A stretch of DNA of 63,983 nucleotides, the filler included, from Collodictyon triciliatum (lineage: Eukaryota): the NCBI GenBank assembly GCA_043381765.1. It is 5 parts of 5 records of this genome, joined end to end, with 100 filler letters (N's around TTAATTAATTAA, not from the genome) between each part and the next. Parts side by side here need not be neighbours in the genome. Positions count along the whole stretch, not along the records: positions 57,131 to 63,983 come from JBHJMP010001982.1; 4 more parts are not named here. The stretch is one strand, 5' to 3'. A model generated the notes under the pieces. It did not search any database and was not told the DNA's origin. It saw only the letters and a program-made list of their open reading frames with translations. Positions within the stretch are counted from its first letter, which is position 1. Each line of letters opens with the position of its first letter. Made by a program: the position numbers and the translations under genes. This document shows positions 60,101 through 63,983 of the stretch, piece after piece.

Positions 60101-62163
60101 CAATTTTTTCATATTGAAGTCTACCCGTGATCTTATTATCTGAAACATCAATTCGTGTGATTCTTGAAATATTATCAAAATCTGGAATTGTTCCTAGATT
60201 TTATGTAAAAAAAATTATGCTTTTATACTGGAATTTTATGAAATTAATAATGAATAGTAAATACCATCTAGTTGATTACTAGAAAAATCTATTCTGTTGA
60301 GATTGGGTATGCTATTGAAGTTTGGAATATCCCCTAAGATAAATAAGAGAATTAATTACTATTAAAAATTAATCATTAATATATATTACCGTTTAATTTG
60401 TTGTCATAAAGATGGATTAATTCAATCAGAGGCATTTTATCGAAATTTGGGATCGTTCCTAAATATTCAAGAGCATAAGAGTTGTCTTAAATCATACAGC
60501 ATCTTATATCAACTTAACGAAAGAAATATATAGTTTACACAAATATCACAATATCTATAATTATGAGTCAAATAAATGATAAATGTTGAGTTACCAGTAA
60601 GCAGGTTCCTGAAAAGTCGAATTTGCTTTAACATCGCATTACCTTCGAAGTTTGGAATTGTTCCTGATGAATTCAAACATAATGGTTTGTAATAATCGAG
60701 TTACAGTTTAATTTTTATGATAAACGAAACCTTTTATCTTGTTGCCCATGAGTCTCAAATCAAACATTTTTGAGTTACACTTTAAGTTTGGGATGTCTCC
60801 TAGTTATTTTAAGTATTGGTTATCAATAAAAAAAAAAACTTCAGGAAATTTAAAGATAAAAAATACAAAAAAAAAAATCAAATAAATAATAATGAAATCA
60901 TACCATGAATTTCTGTACCGTAAATTCCTATCATTTTGACAACAGATAATCCACAAAAATCTGGCAAAGTTCCTGTACACACATTTAAGTTAAAAAAAAT
61001 ATATAGATATGGTATTACTATACAAAAAAAAAAAGGAGGACCTGTCAATTCATCACTATCTCCAATCCATAAAATTTCCGTTAGCGGAATCGCTGAGAAA
61101 TTTGGAATAATCCCATTTAATTGATTTTCATCCAATTCTAAATGTTCAATGAGTGGAATTCCTTTAAAATCTGGGATAGTGCCAGTTATCTTATTACTGA
61201 AAAGATTCAGGTATGACAAACTGGGAAGTTCTAAATCAAGTAAAATTCCGTTGATGGAGTTCAATCTAAAATTAATATTTGAGAGATGCGGTAGGCCCTC
61301 TAATATTGGTGAAACAGACAAAATATCCCCTCTTAGATTATTTTCAGGAAAACGGAGACCAACTATCGGACAATTATTGTTCTATTATGTTAATTGTTAA
61401 ATTTTTCAGCAATAAGGAAAAGTTGCAAAATTCGATATGTGAAAAAAAACAAAACTCGTTATCGGATATGCTTTTTAAGTCTGACCACAAATGAATGAAC
61501 GATATACCTTTTTTTCCTTTATTCGATTAATGAACGATATACCTTATATTTTTCCATGGGGCAGTTCTCTTCACATATTATTCCATACCAATCGCAGATA
61601 GGTACGCTTTCGTTTTTCCAACCGTAATTATGATACCAATTTTTTCCATCCATCATATCGTAAAACTGGACGATAAGTTCAAATTGATACGAGAATTCTC
61701 CATCCTTCAAAGTATTCTTATCCATCGATTTGGGATAAGTATCTATTTTGGTACGATCAAACTGATTATATATGTTTTTTTCCATATATTCATATTTGTA
61801 ATGGTCCACTAACAAATCTTCAAATATAGGCATATCTTTTTGAAATAAGTAAGTAAGCTCATTTGCTATCGATTTCTCCAAACTAGAATCATTTCCATTC
61901 AATACATTAGTTGAAATAGGGCATATTTCACTGTAAAAATTTAACAGTATTTGAAAGGCTTCTTCGACTCGCATCGAAAGCAGTTGATCAATATCGTAAT
62001 GACAATACGTTCTATTTTAATGGAATGTTTAAGAGAAAGATATATTCAAGATACATATGTTAAAGAGCCAAAATCAAATTAATTTCATGTAAAAACGATC
62101 TAACCTTTCCACTGATTTTGTCAAAGCTGAGAGAGTAATCAAAACGAGCATGATTGCTTGCAT
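57180..62163 (-). CDS. Signal peptide + plant-type LRR ectodomain + Cys-rich region + multi-TM receptor-like protein, 3' end uncertain
   Basis: MQAIMLVLITLSAL; LRR N-cap GKNWYHNYGW..ICDWYGIIC; repeated N.l.GTIP LRRs; CGKGYKGHLCSEC; TM region with RYGFLYLPYK and WEFVIIARR. Confidence 0.82.
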
Positions 62164-63300
62164 TCTATAAAAAATTAATGTATTTTTAAGAGTTTATTAG
62201 AAAAAATATATGAAAATTAAGTCACCCACCGGTTGACATGGTGAATTGATTGCGTGTTCATGGTACTCTATTAATTAATTTGAAATGGTTACAAATTTCA
62301 ACTTAACAATAACAATAACAATAACAATAACAATAACAATAACAATAACAATAACATAACTAAAACAGCTACCGAATTTCAGTCGGTCTTCGCACTTAAT
62401 ATCTACTGACGAATTTTTTTATTAATTAAATTAAGATTTTTTATGAATCATCATTAATGGATACAGTATTAAAATGAATCATCATGCCATTCTTTAATTA
62501 AAAACCAACGATTAGGTACAAATACTCAATTAAGACAATATAATAGTAAACCCTTTTTTTATATCTTCTAGGTTCGATAATTTATTAGACGAAATAATTT
62601 TTTCTAGAAAGTATAACCAATAGTGTAGTATTATATGAGTTAAGAATCCGAATGCACTTATTATTTTAGGCTTATATGTAGCATTGTTGTTCATATTATA
62701 TGAGTATTTTGGTTCCTGTATCTATCAAATATGTAATTAATCATATTATCCATGAATTAATCGACAAAAGTGATCCAATTCAATTAAAATTATAAAAAAA
62801 TATGGGGAAAATATTATAGCATTATATATTCCGGAAAATTGTTCTCATGAGATTTCTATCGCTTATTGAATAGCATATTGAACAGTTAATCCATCATCAT
62901 GTACATAGCTAAAATTTTCAGTTTCTTATTTTTAATCTATGAAATTTGGAATTAGTTTGATTCTAAAAAACTCTAATTTGAGTCTACTTTTCTAAGTTTA
63001 AAGTATGTTTACTTATATCGTATCCAACGAATAGTAGGGCTAAATTAAAACGCTTATAGAAGAATAAAAGTTCCCTTATTATCAAATTACCAATTTAAAT
63101 AGACTTTATTGAAAATTTTGAGTACAAATGTAATTTGATTTTTTTTCAATAAATAGTCAAATGAAATAAAATAATTATACATGCTATGATAGTAATTTTT
63201 AAATTTTCATAAAATTTCTCACCTAAGATTCAACCAATCTAATTTTCGGAATACGGTTAATTATAAAAATTACGATTAACACAATACTACTTTTTTTTTT

Positions 63301-63374
63301 ATGAAATACCTAAAAGATTCTACCATCCTGCACAAAATTGAAAGGAAGAATAAAAAATGAAATACCTAAAAGAT
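63301..63374 (+). mobile_element. Short retroposed insertion with 18-bp TSD, copy 3
   Basis: ATGAAATACCTAAAAGAT at 63301-63318 and 63357-63374 flanks TCTACCATCCTGCACAAAATTGAAAGGAAGAATAAAAA. Confidence 0.78.
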
Positions 63375-63399
63375 AAAGAAAATTAAGGAAGAAATCACA

Positions 63400-63467
63400 G
63401 AGGAGGGTATGATGGCCATGTGATCACTCACCTCTGGGGGGAAATTTGGCCTTTGATCGAAAAAAAA
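63400..63467 (+). mobile_element. Degenerate short copy of the SINE-like head
   Basis: GAGGAGGGtatGATGGCCaTGT..TCAcTCaCCTC.GGGGGG..ATTTGGCCT..GATCGA aligns with 63663-63774. Confidence 0.55.
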
Positions 63468-63662
63468 GGAAGAAAAATTCAAAATATATTTCAATATGTA
63501 TTGTTGGGCTTAGTATGATTATGAAGTCATTTAAAAAAAATTTTTTTGCGTGATTAAGTGATTTCGAACAACCTGATTCAGAAGTTCATGAATAAATTCC
63601 TGGTTGTTATTTAAATCAGATAATTAAAAAATGCCGTTGAGTTCAAGTCGATATACGATTTT

Positions 63663-63943
63663 GAGGAGGGCGGGATGGCCGTGTCGTCATTCGCCTCGGG
63701 GGGGGGGGGGGGGGGGGGTGGGTGTGCGTGTCGCGGGGGGGGGGGGGGGGGGGGGGATTTTGGCCTCGGATCGAATCCAGGTCAGGGCTCCTGGTAGTTG
63801 CGGCTCTTCAGGGTTGTAATTATTATCAACCCTCTCGGGTGCATAGTGATGAACCATGAATCCAGCTTCCGTGCCTAGCCAGCTTGACCCTTATCAGACA
63901 CGCGTCACTGCTTTCAACCAAGGCGCATATAACTACGTCGGAC

Positions 63944-63983
<40 letters not shown>
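63663..63983 (+). mobile_element. tRNA-derived SINE-like element with poly(A) tail
   Basis: tRNA-Leu/Ser-like 5' GGCGGGATGGCCGTGTCG (A box 63676-63686), B box GGATCGAATCC (63768-63778), ~170-nt body, A-tail from 63948. Confidence 0.55.

Overview
This is intron-rich, AT-rich nuclear DNA of a probably flagellated protist. It is a concatenation of scaffolds: four 100-bp N44-TTAATTAATTAA-N44 linkers are artificial joins. Host genes are LZIC, an arrestin-domain protein, RSPH10B, a metacaspase, an intronless multi-TM protein, an LRR-charged repeat-RING-Bbox-NHL fusion, a NIPA Mg2+ transporter, PACRGL, ARPC2, RPL6, IMPACT, a coiled-coil protein and an LRR/Cys-rich/multi-TM receptor. The highlight is an ~8-kb intronless, gene-dense endogenous DNA virus (Polinton-like/MELD-type, 14324-22294). 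It encodes a fibre-like protein, a penton-like minor capsid protein, an A32 packaging ATPase, an AEP primase-SF3 helicase and an rve integrase. It also carries an iteron-like inverted repeat array, a duplicated promoter-like motif and subterminal 30-bp repeats; no major capsid protein or PolB is visible in the assembled part. Also present are three ultra-short retroposed insertions with 16-18 bp target-site duplications, a tRNA-derived SINE-like element, and seven consecutive 69-bp one-LRR-per-exon modules. Spliced gene models were assembled by eye, so their boundaries are approximate.
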